Assembly (NCBI RefSeq): GCF_006345805.1 | Contig: NC_043007.1 | Span: 25,296,001 to 25,360,000 of the forward strand | Length of the DNA: 64,000 nt | Reading direction: 5' to 3' | DNA from: Octopus sinensis | Taxonomy: Eukaryota | Shown: one piece after another, positions 45,628 to 58,966 of the stretch | Layout: each line of letters opens with the position of its first letter | Position numbering within the stretch: position 1 is the first letter of the stretch | Program-made: the position numbers and the translations under genes | Notes under the pieces: model-generated | Seen by the model: only the letters and a program-made list of their open reading frames with translations | What the model was told of the DNA's origin: nothing | Databases searched by the model: none

Positions 45628-46339
45628 AATTAGAAGCAGATGAAATACTGCTAAGTATTTCACCCGGTGTGCTAATGTTTCTGCCAGCTCGCTGCCTTAT
45701 ACTGGCTGTTGCCAGTACTGCTTGACTGGCCCTTGTGCCAGTGGCATGTAAAAGCACCCACTACACTCACGGAGTGGTTGGCATTAGGAAGGGCATCCAG
45801 CTGTAGAAATACTGCCAGATTAAGATTGGAACCTGGTGCAATCATCTGGTTCACCAGTCCTCAGTTAAATCGTCAACCCATGCTAGCATGGAAAGCGGAT
45901 GTTAATGATGATGATGATGATGATGATACAGGTATGTTGAAATTTATCAACAGTGATATAAACCCACAGGTTTTCGACCTGTGCCTTATTTTATAAGTGC
46001 CAACACACAAAACTCTCAGACCTTGTGCCACACTCTTACTTCAACTGAATATTAATATATGTGTGTGTACATGTACATATGTATGTGTGTGTATGTATAT
46101 ATATATATATATATATATTTCTTTACTGCCCACAAGGGGCTAAACACAGAGGGGACAAACAGGGACAGACGAAGGGATTAGGTCGATTACATCGACCCCA
46201 GTGCGAAACTGGTACTTTATTTATCGACCCTGAAAGGATGAAAGGCAAAGTTGACCTCGGCGGAATTTGAACTCAGAACATAACGACAGACGAAATACGC
46301 ATTTCGCCCAGCGTGCTAAGTTTCTGCCAGCTCACCGCC

Positions 46340-46376
<37 letters not shown>

Positions 46377-49019
46377 GTGTGTGTGTGTGTGTGTATATAT
46401 ATATGTGTGTGTGTGGTATATATATATATATATATACACGTATATATGTATGTCTATGTATGTATATCAGACAAGAAGACAGAGAAATAATGTGTATGTC
46501 ATACTAAAATCTGATTGGCTAGTGAAACAGAAATGTATAAGACATCAATTTGTTTGGTTCTGCATGGAAAAAATATGTTAAGGGGGAGAGTGTACAATGT
46601 GATCAGGGGTAGGTGTAGTGTATATAAAGAATAGAATAGGCAAAAAAGAATTTTAATCCTAAGGGAAAAAAATAAATCATACGTTTCGTTAGATTATTGA
46701 AATAAAATTTTAGGAAAAATGCATATAATTGGACAAAAAAAGAGAGGATTGTAAAAATATATGAAAATTATCAATATTCTTGGGGAAAAAAAGTTGGGAA
46801 AGAATCTTATGCATCAATGAATTATTGAAATATAATTCTTAGAGAAAAATATATAATATACATGTTGTTGCATTGTTGGAAGAAATTTGCTAGGCAAAAA
46901 TAAAATTTTTGGCTGCAAGTATGGTGTAATAGAGATAGACCATAGTCACAGCCGAAAATTATACATATTTTCTCTTTACAATGTTTATTTCAATAATATA
47001 GCTATATAAATATTGTTTCCTAGAATTTTATTTCAATAATCCAACAATATACACAAGTTTGTTATTTTCCTACAATTTTTTTTTAACCAGAATTTAAATA
47101 TTTTGTCATATTCTTTTCTTTGTACATCTCACAATTATCTTTCTCGTCCTCCTCTTAATTTTTTGTTTTTTTTATGAAAGACCAAACAAATCATTGCCTA
47201 AAGGTTTTTTTCATTTCTCCATCCAGTCAAATCTCAGTATTACATTTCAATGCATGCAGTATTTTCTTATATTTTTCTGTATTTTACCATCCATTTATAT
47301 ATACTGATAGCATGGATACATAACGGTTGCAACAAATGAAAAGTATCAAATCAGAGAAAGATATCCAGCATTCATGGCCCTTTTCAGGGCCTCCAACACT
47401 TGTAAAACAAATGATGCTATCCTTAGATGGGAGACATGGCTTGGATGCTTGAAACAGAGTGTACTCCACTAAAAACATCCATGGGCTAAGTGGTGATATT
47501 AAACTGGACAGTGGATTAAATCTGCCACCAAAATCGGGGTGTGTTCCCCTAATAAGCTTTCAAAATATTTCTGTCTCTCAAATTTCACTCAGCCGTGAAC
47601 CAAGCAATAGTTCTGTGTCCAGTTCAGTCTTTGGGGGTTCACTATCAATTAAGGCCTCAAATGGGCAAAAACACTAAATATCAAAATGTGAAAGAGACAC
47701 TCAAGTGAGAGGTGTTGACTGTTGTGCCTGCACATATCTAGATCATCATCATCATCATTTAACGTCTGCTTTCCATGCTAGCATGGGTTGGACGATTTGA
47801 TTGAGGACTGGCGAACCAGATGGCTGCGCCAGGCTCCAATCTGATCTGGCAAAGTTTCTACAGCTGGATGCCCTTCCTAATGCCAACCACTCCGAGAGTG
47901 TAGTGGGTGCTTTTGCGTGCCACCGGCACGAGGGCCAGTCAGGCAGTGCTGGCAATGGCCACGCTCGAAATGGTGTTTTTTACGTGCCACCTAGCCACAG
48001 GAGTCAGTCCAGTGGCACTGGCAATGACCTCGCTCGAATGTTTTGTTCACGTACCAGTAAGGCGATGCTGATAACGATCACGCTCAACTGGTGCTTTTTA
48101 AGTGCCATGTTATATATTTATTGGGAATTCGGCTGAAGAGTGCAACAACAGTTATTTCCGAGAGGATGTTATTGGAGGAGATGTGAAGGCATGTGGCTTA
48201 GTGATTAGGGCATTCAGTTCATGATCGTAAGGTCGTGAGTTCAATTCCCAGCGGCGTGTTGTGTCCTTGAGCAAGACACTTTATTTCATGTTGCTCCAGT
48301 CCACTCAGCTGGCAAAAATGAGTAGTACCTGTATTTCAAAAAGGTCAGCCTTGTCACATTCTGTGTCACGCTGAATCTCCCCGAGAACTACATTAAGGAT
48401 ACACGTGTCTGTGGAGTGCTCAGCCACTTTCACATTAATTTCATGAGCAAGCTGTTCCTTTGATCGTATCAGCTGGGGCCCTCGTTGTCATAACCGACGG
48501 AGTGCTCCTTTATTGAAAGAGGTGCTTGAGGACTTGAGCCCCCACAACCCTCCCAGTGATAATGGGCAGAGAATATGGATTGATGGGTATATTGATTTTT
48601 AACACTGGCAAAAGGTCAAAACCTTTTGGAGAAGGGGTGTACTCTATCATATCAAACCAGTGCTTGACTGTACTTATTTGATTCAATGAGAAAGTGCTCA
48701 AAAGAGACTGATAAAACAAGTACCATGCTTTTAAAAAATAAATACTTGAGTTCATACATTCAACTAAAAATTCTTAAAGGCAGTGCCCCAGCATAGCCAT
48801 AGTCTAATGACTAAAACAAATAAAAGATAAAAGATAATATATAAATATATACCGGGAAACCAGGCCCATGAGCCTGGCTAGGCTTGAAAAAGCTGCATAA
48901 ATAAATAAAAATAATTGATACACGAAAGACATTTTGTTTGTAATATCTTCTTTGTCCTTTAAGACTGTAAAAGAAAGGAAATATTAATTCTTATTCGATT
49001 TATGGCCAAACCAAAGTCA

Positions 49020-50160
49020 AAAGTAGTCCCTGGAGGGGAATTAATAAACTTTACTGACTAAGAAATGCACCGCAATGGAATCCAAAGACCAAGTCTTCAG
49101 TGAGTGATAGAGCTGTAAAAGCAACAATAATAACAACAATATTAGTCCTGGTTGCAGTCAAAGAGAGGCCCTGGAGGGGAATATATAAATGTTATTGACT
49201 AGAATGTATCACAAAGGGATTCAAAGACCAAGTCTTCAGTGAATGGCAGTGCTGTAAAAGCAACAACAATAACAACAATATTAGTCATGGCCACAGTTTG
49301 AGAGGCCCTGGAGGGGAATATAAAAATGTTATTGACTAGAATGTGTCTCAAAGGGATCCGAAGACCAAGTCTTCAGTAAACAGCAGCTCTGTAAAGGCAA
49401 CAATGATGATATTAGTGCTATCTACAGTTAAAGAGAGGCCCTGGAGGGGAAATAACAGATGTTATTGACAAGGACGTGGCACATAAAAACTGTCATATCA
49501 CTTAAGACAGTCTTGAGTGATATGACAGTACTATAAAGCAATACCATCACCACCACCGTCGCCGCCGCCACCACCACCACCACCACCACCACCTTCACCA
49601 CCAACAACAACAACAACAACATCACTACCTCCACCATTGCCGCTACTGCCACCACCACCACCACCACCTCCACCACCACCACCGCCGCCGCCAACAACAA
49701 CAACAACAGCGGCAACAACATCACTACCTCCACCACTGCCGCCACTCCCACCACCACCACCACCATCATCACCATCACCACAATCACCACCATCACCACC
49801 ACCAACAACAACATCATTACTGCCGCCACTGCTACCACCACCGCCGCTGCCACCACCACCACCACCACCACACCACTACCAACAACAACAACGACAACAG
49901 TATTTGATCTAGCTACAGTCAAATATAGATCTTGAAGGAGAATTGTTATTGACAGTCCCTTTCATGGCTTAAAATGTGTTACAAAAAAAAAACCCCAAAA
50001 AAAACACACGGAAAGATAGAAAAGTTCAAAGACCAAGTCTTCAGTGGAACTACAGCATTCTAAAAACAAAACAACAACAACAGCAACAACGAATGTTATT
50101 GACATGAATGTAGCACAAAAAAAAAAAAAAATTCCAAAGACCAAGTCTTCAGCAGCACAG
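49020..50160. repeat. Degenerate ~133-141-bp tandem array interrupted by (ACC)n
   Basis: CCCTGGAGGGGA at 49028, 49169, 49306, 49439; AAGACCAAGTCTTCAG at ~49085, 49224, 49361, 50029, 50137. Confidence 0.88.
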
Positions 50161-52159
50161 TAGCACCACAAAGAATTGTTTCTGATTCAGGCAGAAGGCT
50201 TTCAATTTTAAAGGAGTGAAGTTCATCGATTATATCAACTCCAGTACTTGACTGGTTCTTTATTTTATCGACCCCAGGAGCATGAAAGGCGAAGTTGACC
50301 TTGGCAGGATTTGAACTCAAAATGTTATAACGATTTTGCCGATCCACTGTACGACTAATTGTAAGGATTTTTAATGTGGTTACGAGGCCATGCATTTGTG
50401 GTTTGGTGGAGGATTAAAGTTGTTTAGGTTACCGTTGATTAAATAAATAATTAACAAGATCCTTTCTTTTAAGATTAAAACAACAACAACAAAAATCGTT
50501 ATCAATATTTAATTATTTAAACGAAAACAAAACAAAAAAAAACAAAAAAAAAATTAATTCCCCAATGTCCCCTTCATCTATAATAAAACCTTGTAGCAGT
50601 TGAAGAAATCGTTTTCAATAATAATAACAACAATAACAACAACAACAACATCGACGACAACAATAATGATAATGAGGGTTTTGATAATTGCGATGATTGT
50701 GATGACGATGGTGATGATGATGATGATGATGATGTTGTTGATGAAGCAAAAATAACAATGACAAAAACAATAACATCATCATCATCATCAACATCATTGT
50801 CATTATCATCATCATCATCAACATCATTGTCATCATCATCGTCGTTGTCATCATCATCATCACTGTCGCCATCGTCATCATGTATATCAGTGTTCATATG
50901 ATGAAATAGGGATCTTATCGGCCTCTTCTTGCAAGGACCCAACAATAAGTGGTTGTTGCCAAGGATACTGCAGCAGCAGCAACAGCAGAAGCAGCAGTGG
51001 GAGCAGCGGCAGCAGCCTTTGAAGCACAGTTACTATTTAATTGCTCCTGCTCCTGCACATACTCCTCCAAGCCATTTGTTGGGGAGAGGGGCTCCTGCCC
51101 ACTTCTCTCTTCTCCACCGCCTATCCACTCCTCAGCTCCTCCCATCTACTCCTCTGGGCTCCTCCTACCCATTCTGTGACTTTCTTACCTGCTCTTTGAC
51201 TCTTACTAGCCCCTACCCTTACTGACACATGTCACTCTTTTTTTTTTTTTTATCAGCCTTGATATTTCAAGATTATCGTCTTGTTCCAGTTGTCCTTTCT
51301 TTGCCCAAGGATCAGCCCTGAATGAATGTGTTTGTGCTTAGAGGCATCCCAACCATGACAGTCACATTTCGGGTGAGGGTGGGGGCGGTTGAATATAAGA
51401 TTTGGCGGCAAGCTGGCAGACATGTTAGCGCGCCGGGCGAAATACTTGACTGTATTACATCTGTCGTTATGTTCTGAGTTCAAATTCCACCGAGGTCGAC
51501 TTTGCCTTTCATCCTTTCGGGGTCGATAAATAAAGTACCAGTTTCGCACTGGGGTCGATGTAATCGACTTAATCCCTTTGTCTGTCCTTGTTTGTCCCCT
51601 CTATGTTTAGCCCCTTGTGGGCAATGAAGAAATATATAAGTTTTTGGCATTGTCCAGCATGGATTCCATTTTTAAGATGTTAGCATTTGATTTTTGAGGG
51701 GAATTTTACTACTATTTTCTGGTGTGTAGAACTATATACAAGGAGATAGGTGACTCTGTATGTGTATGTTTTTGTGTGTATATGTGTGTACATGTGCATA
51801 TGTACATATGTGCAAAAACAAGCACGTGCACGCATTATATATAATGTAAATATAATATATATATCTTAAAAAAAAGTAAGTAGTGGGGGTCAGTTCATTT
51901 GACTAAAAAGTCATGAAGGTGGTGCCCCAGCATGGCCACAGACTAATTACTGAAACAAGCAAAAGATAAAAGATATAAAAATAACAGAAGGGTTAGATAC
52001 AAAAAGTTGAACAACACAGGAGTGGCATACATACATACATACATACATACATACATACATACATACATACATACATACATACACATATACAAACATGCAT
52101 GCATGCATACATACATACATATATACACACAGATATACCAACACACACATACCCAAACA

Positions 52160-52330
52160 TACATATGGTGATTGTCCCATCTTCACAGATGATTGCTGTC
52201 TCTTTGTGCTTCCTCATTGTCAACGGCATTTCTGACTTTCCACTCATGACCTCTCAGATGACTATTCAATCCCGTTGCAAAGCTGCATGGTTTGAAGCAT
52301 AGGTGACAGACAAAAGCTGTAACTTACTGC
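52160..52330 (-). mobile_element. RTE-like ORF2 C-terminal C2H2 remnant
   Basis: FVCHLCFKPCSFATGLNSHLRGH then a stop; similar remnant at ~36010-36240 (YVCIICQKTCKTISGLKRHMLVH). Confidence 0.55.
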
Positions 52331-53282
52331 GTGCTTCTGACTGCTTAGGTCTGCACATGTCACCACTCACCCATTGTCATAGAATTTCCAGTAGACAGAA
52401 TGACAAATGAAGTCACCCTATAGAGACACTTATATGTCATTGGATTATAGAGATAAATGCTTATACAACACAAGTGCCACTCTCTGAGTTTGTTTGTTCC
52501 TTCTCGAGCCATGCCTGGCTCATAAGGGCCGGTTTCCCGGTTTCTTTGGCATATAGGTTCCCCACCTGGACGGGACGCCAGTCCGTCACAGGTGAGCTGC
52601 AAGATGCAGGAGGAATGAGTGAGAGAAAGTTGTGGCAAAAGAGTCAGCAGAAGTTCGCCATTACCTTCTGCTAGAGCCGCGTGGAGCTTAGGTGTTTCGC
52701 TCATAAACACACACAAGGCCTGGTCTGAGATTCGAATCCGCGATCCCTGGACTGCGAGTTTGCTGCTCTAACCACTAGGCCATGTGCCTCCACACTTTGA
52801 GTCTCTAGGATCAGATCTACTGACAGACTGAAGAGAGATGGCCAGCGGATTTTGTATCAGAGTGGCCCTCTCTGGGAAGGGTCCCTCACTCTCTGGGAAG
52901 GGTCCCTCACTGCTTAAAGGAGAATTTGGATACACTGGGATTTTCAGAAAGAGAAATCGACTGGCTAATTCGTACATTTACAAGTGCGATCTGTGAGTGG
53001 AACAGTAAAAATATGCAAGACTTTGCTCAAGTTCCAAATGTGAATTTGTCTGTGTTAACTACATCCCAAAGATGGAGCCTTGTATCTTTGTTGGAACCTG
53101 GCTCCCTCCTCAGTGGAAGATTTATAATAATTAAAAAATAGAAGAGACATGTACACACATACACATAGCTATATACATATGCATACCCATATATACATAC
53201 ATATGTGTGTGCATGCATGTGTAAATATGTGTATGTGTGTGTGTATACGTGTATGTGTGTGTGTGTGTGTATATATATATGT

Positions 53283-53327
<45 letters not shown>

Positions 53328-53341
53328 TATATATGTATATA

Positions 53342-53382
<41 letters not shown>

Positions 53383-54104
53383 CTACATACATATATACAT
53401 GCAATCATGCATATATACATATTTAATACAGACATGCATACTTTAACATACACATATGCACATGCACACACACACAGATATATACATATGCCTATCCACA
53501 CACACACACACACACAACACACATATATATATATATATATACACACACACATATATATGTATATATATATGTGTGTACTTGTGTATGTGTGTGCTTGTGT
53601 ATGTGTGTGTGTATACATATAAATACACACACACATGCATACACACATACATACATACATACATACATACATACATACATACATACATACATACATACAT
53701 ACATACACACATACATACATACATACATACATACATACATACATACACACATACATACATGCATACATGCATACATAAATACATGCATATACATTTATAT
53801 GTATGCATATGTGTGTGTATATATATATATATAATATATATATGTGCAGTTTCATTTCTTGTTCATATCAATATTTTTCCCACTGCCTTTTGCTGTTTTT
53901 CCCCATCATATCATCGTACAAACTAGAATTATTTCCATATAATGCTTACTCATAAAGCGCAACCCACACATGCAAAAAATAAACCACCGATAAACAAGGG
54001 TTATAACATGAACCATAGAAAAAAAAATATCACAAGAAATGATATCAAATATGAATAATAGTAATTTAGTTGATATCCTCATGTTCATTATTACCACAAA
54101 ACAC

Positions 54105-54700
54105 CGCCACCACCACCACTGCACCACCACCACCACCACCACCACCACCACCACCAAAACCACCACCACCAAAACCACCACCACCACCACCACCACCACC
54201 ACCAAAACCACCACCACCACCACCACCAAAACCACCACCACCACCACCGCAACCAAAACCACCACCACCGCAACCAAAACCACCACCACCACCAAAACCA
54301 CCACCACCGCAACCAAAACCACCAAAACCACCACCACCACCACAACCACCACCACCACCACTACTACTACTACTATAACTGTTACCAGCCACCTCTACCA
54401 TCATCACTGCAATTATCGCCACCTTCTGCACCACTACCAACACCACCAACACCACCATCACCGTTGCTACATCATTTTTATTGCCAACCTACTCTACAAG
54501 AGTATCAATCATCATCATCATCACCATCATAACCATCCTCCCCCTCCTCCTCCTCATCAACATCATCACCATTATCACCATCATCATCGCCACCACCTCC
54601 ACTACTACCACCATTGCCGCCTCTGCCACCACCACCATTGCCGCCTCCTCCGCTGCCACCACCACCACCACCACCACCACCACCACCAATACCCCACCTC
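54105..54700. repeat. (CAC)n/(CAT)n trinucleotide low-complexity tract
   Basis: Direct reading. Similar tracts at 49545-49900, 50600-50890, 61620-61870. Confidence 0.95.
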
Positions 54701-55334
54701 CATCATCATCTGCAATAATTTTTTTAAGTTCATTCCAGTTTAATATTACATTATATATTCCATGAATTTAAATTTAAAAATACTTTATTCAAATATACAC
54801 ACACACACACACACATACATATATATATATGTGTGTGTGGATTTATATATGTATGTATATCTATGTATGTATATATATGTATACATATATAAATGCATGT
54901 GTGTATGTGTGTGTATATATATTATATGTCATCATCACCGCCATCATCATCATCATCCTCCTCCTCATCATCATCGTCATCATCATCATCCTTTAACACT
55001 TGTTTTCACTGGTGGCATGATATATGTATATATATATATATATATATTTATATATACATACATGTATATATAAATATATATATATACACATACACACACA
55101 CATATATATATATGTATGTATATCATCGTGATCACCATGACCGACCAGGGTATCAGATATTGCTACACATCGCTGGTCACAATGCGCTTCGCATTGTTTT
55201 AGCCTTCAAATGACGCCACCCCGCTGGCTAAGCGAGCAGGCCAATATATGCATGTATATATATATGTATATATATATATATATATATATAAACATGTATG
55301 TGTGTGTGTGTATATATATACGTATGTATATATA

Positions 55335-55391
<57 letters not shown>

Positions 55392-55893
55392 ATATATTTA
55401 TATATAAATATATATATATATATACACATACACACATATACATGTTCAGAGAAATAGAGACAGGGAAAGTGAGAGGGGGGAACAAGGAATTACTATACAA
55501 CAACATCGTCAGAGCTACAGACTAGGTCTGTGACTTGTGTAAGATTCCAACCAAATGGAAGGCAAAGTCAAAACTGGAACACCATTGAAGATGCAACTAT
55601 GAAAATTAACAGGTAGGCTTGGAAATCCTGGATAAAGACGGGTAGCAGAAGGGAGAACCGAGTAGCTTGAAGTGTTGCTTGGCATCAGATGTGCTTAGCG
55701 GAAGGGGACACAGAACTCAAGTGGTTCGCACACATGTTCTGCATCATGAAAATCAAGTGTCATGATGGGTTCTAGATTGCGGGAGAATGGGCTGGAAAAG
55801 TCATGATGTCTTTAGGGAGAACTGTATTCAGAATCAAAAGCAGTCCTCTTCTTCTTACCAATCTGGTAACATGCAAATGGTAAAGACCCCATT

Positions 55894-56125
55894 AAGGCGG
55901 CGAGCTGGCAGAAATGTTAGCACGCTGGGCGAAATGCTTAGCAGTATTTCGTCTGTGTTACGTTGTGAGTTCAAATTCCGCCGAGGTCGACTTTGCCTTT
56001 CATCCTTTCGGGGTCGATAAATTAAGTACCAGTTACGCACTGAGGTCGATGTAATCGACTTAATACCTATGTCTGTCCTTGTTTGTCCCCTCTGTGTTTA
56101 GCCCCTTGTGGGTAATAAAGAATTA
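55894..56125 (+). mobile_element. SINE family A monomer with 15-bp TSD
   Basis: TSD GGTAAAGACCCCATT at 55879-55893 and 56126-56140. Other copies at ~17337-17445, 17745-18060, 18400-18660, 30235-30475, 46118-46340, 51405-51632, 56660-56885, 60180-60305. Confidence 0.88.
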
Positions 56126-56140
56126 GGTAAAGACCCCATT

Positions 56141-56462
56141 CGGTCATGGATGACTATAGGATTGCACCTAGGAAGTTACCCGCTGAGGCACAAGTCTAGG
56201 CAAGGATGTTTATGGAAGACCAGCAGTCACCCATGCATACCAGCCTCCCCTATTCCCATCACCAATTTTATCCAAGGGAAAAGCAAAGGCTGATGCAGCT
56301 TGGCACCAGTGACATCACAACTCATTTCTACAGCTGAGTGAACTGGAGCAATGTGACATATAGTGTCTTGCTCAAGAACACAACACATACCCCTTGTCTG
56401 GAAACTGAACTCACTACCCCATGATTGTGAACCCGATGCTCTAACCACTGAACCATATGCCT
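56141..56462 (-). mobile_element. tRNA-derived CORE-like SINE family H
   Basis: Head plus TTGAGCAAGACAC...GCTCCAGTTCACTCAGCTGTAGAAATGAG; partial copy at 38170-38418 (+). Confidence 0.75.
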
Positions 56463-57061
56463 GGTAACAAAAAGGATCATTAAAGTACTATTATAAGTGA
56501 CTCGTGTAGGCAAAGAATACTCAGGGAGAAGAGGACTTTTCCCAAGTAGGTCCTCTGTAGGATCTACTTGGTGTGGGAGGCTAGAGGGCCCAGCCAACCA
56601 CATTGACAGAAGTATAGTTGATAGAGTGATTAAGGATACAAATCCAGGGGAAAATCTGAACATATGCCTTTCATCCTTTCGGGGTCGATTAAATAAATAC
56701 CAGTTACACACTGGAGTCGATATAATTGACTTAATCCGTTTGTCTGTCCTTGTTTGTCCCCTCTGTGTGTAGCCCCTTGTAGGTAGTAAAGAAATATTTC
56801 GTCTGCCGTTACATTCTGAGTTCAAATTCTGCCGAGGTCGACTTTGCCTTTCATCCATTCGGGGGTCGATAAATTAAGTACCAGTTACACACACACACAC
56901 ACACACACTTATAGTCCACAGATGGGATCTAGAGATTCTCACTATAGAAGACACTCAGTAATGCTCAAAAAAGATTCAGTCCTAGATTCTGAAGTCTGTA
57001 CAGGGGATCAGTTCCACAAAGTAAAGTGCAGCTATTAAAGGGATCAAATTGCATTAATATA

Positions 57062-57461
57062 GAGGCAATTATACGGATAAATAAATTAGATATATTAAAT
57101 GTAATATAATAGTCTGGGCGTGAAGCACAAAATATGTATATATGTATACATGGAAAATGAGAGAAAGCAAAAAATGGAGACTTTCAGACGATGAATATTT
57201 TAAGTACCAATATATAGATATTTATATTAATGGATCCAATTTTCTTCCACCCCTTTAACTGTCTCTGTGGTTTGTACTCTGTGTAAGTTGGATCTATTAA
57301 TATAAATATCTATATATTTGTACTTAGATATTCGTCGTCTGAAAGTCTACATCTTTTGCTTTCTCTAGGTTTTTCATGTATACATATGTACACATTTCGT
57401 GTTTCAAACACAAACTATTATATTACGTTTAATGTATCTAATTTGTTAATCTGCATAATTG
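57062..57461. repeat. Fold-back, ~180-bp imperfect arms
   Basis: e.g. AGACTTTCAGACGA/TCGTCTGAAAGTCT and ATATAGATATTTATATTAAT/ATTAATATAAATATCTATAT. Confidence 0.9.
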
Positions 57462-57750
57462 CCCCCCACTGTTATCTGTCCGTCTGTCTCTTTCTCTCTC
57501 TCTCTTTGTATATACTCTTTACTCTTTTAGTTGTTTCAGTCGTTTGACTGTGGCCATGCTGGAGCACTGCCTTTAGTCGATAAAATCGACCCCAGGACTT
57601 ATTTTTTGTAAGCCTAGTACTTATCATATCGGTCTCTTTTGCTGAACCGCTAAGTTATGGGCACGCAAACACACCAACATCGGTTATCAAGCGATGTTGG
57701 GGGGACAAACACAGACACACAAACATATACACACACACACACACACACCC

Positions 57751-57796
<46 letters not shown>

Positions 57797-58502
57797 ATTA
57801 TAGAGGGCATTATACATACATGCCAGACGGCATTATACATACATGCCAAACGCTAAGAGGGACAATCAGTCATTTCTACCAAAAATATTACTAATCCCAC
57901 CCAATGCATTTTTCAAGTAAGACATTTAAAAATATAGACCTGTATCACAGTGATTTCATACTTACGTAATCATCAGCAGGCCTGAATGTATTATAAATAA
58001 ACAACGACCTGCCCCTTAAGCCGATCAGCTAATGATCAATCAACGAAGCACATGGGTGAGTTACATATATTACATCCGGGTAAATGCAAACTTTTACGAA
58101 TTGCATTTCGGGAGAGGAAAAGTTGTTTTTCGGAATAAAAATTAGCAATTAAGGACACTACTTAATAAGGAAAACTTAACAAGAAATTGTCAGGTAGATA
58201 GCGTAAAAAAGCATAAGAGAAAAATTTCGAAAATAATTATTTCTTATTGAACCATATTAATTTATATATAGGGCATTATACATACATGCCAGACGGCATT
58301 ATACACACATGCCAAACGCTATATAATATATATATATATATCATATAAATGAGATAGGGGTTGTGAGTGCATGGGATAAACATATATCCAATATACTGCA
58401 GTGAAGCACCCAACAAAGTTAATACATAAATGTTAAGAATTGTGATAATTATTCATTTTATGTATTATATGGGCAAAGGTAAATGTTTTACCACAAATTA
58501 AT

Positions 58503-58966
58503 AATACAAAATAAGAAAATGGAGAAATACACCTTAATCAATAATCAAAACTCCAGATAATACCCAATCACATAATTTATTAACCCACTACATATGAACA
58601 TCAAGGTCAAACATAATAGTACGAGCAAACAATGCACATCAATGAGTAAGATATTACAATAGTACAATATGTATATATAAATATAAATATAAACTACATC
58701 TTACAGCTGTTTCAGCCATGTAGATATGGGTATCTCATTATGCTCATATTAGCCAGGTGTGGTAGTTTATATTTATATTTATATTTATTTATACATATTG
58801 CACTTATTGTATCATATTACTCATTGATGTGCATTGTTTTGCTCTGTACTATTATGTTTGACCTTGATGTTCATATGTAGTGGGTTAATAAATTACGTGA
58901 TTGGGTATTATTTGGTAGTTGATTATTGATTAAGGTGTATTTCTCCATTTTCTTATTTTGTATATA
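58503..58966. repeat. Fold-back, ~195-bp arms, ~65-bp spacer
   Basis: e.g. TTATTAACCCACTACATATGAACATCAAGGTCAAACATAATAGTAC and its reverse complement. Confidence 0.92.

Noticed and set aside
49020-50160. CRISPR-like repeat-spacer appearance (also the hairpin arrays in family D)
   Set aside because: Eukaryotic context, no cas genes, several different conserved motifs per unit, and linkers homologous to each other rather than unique spacers.
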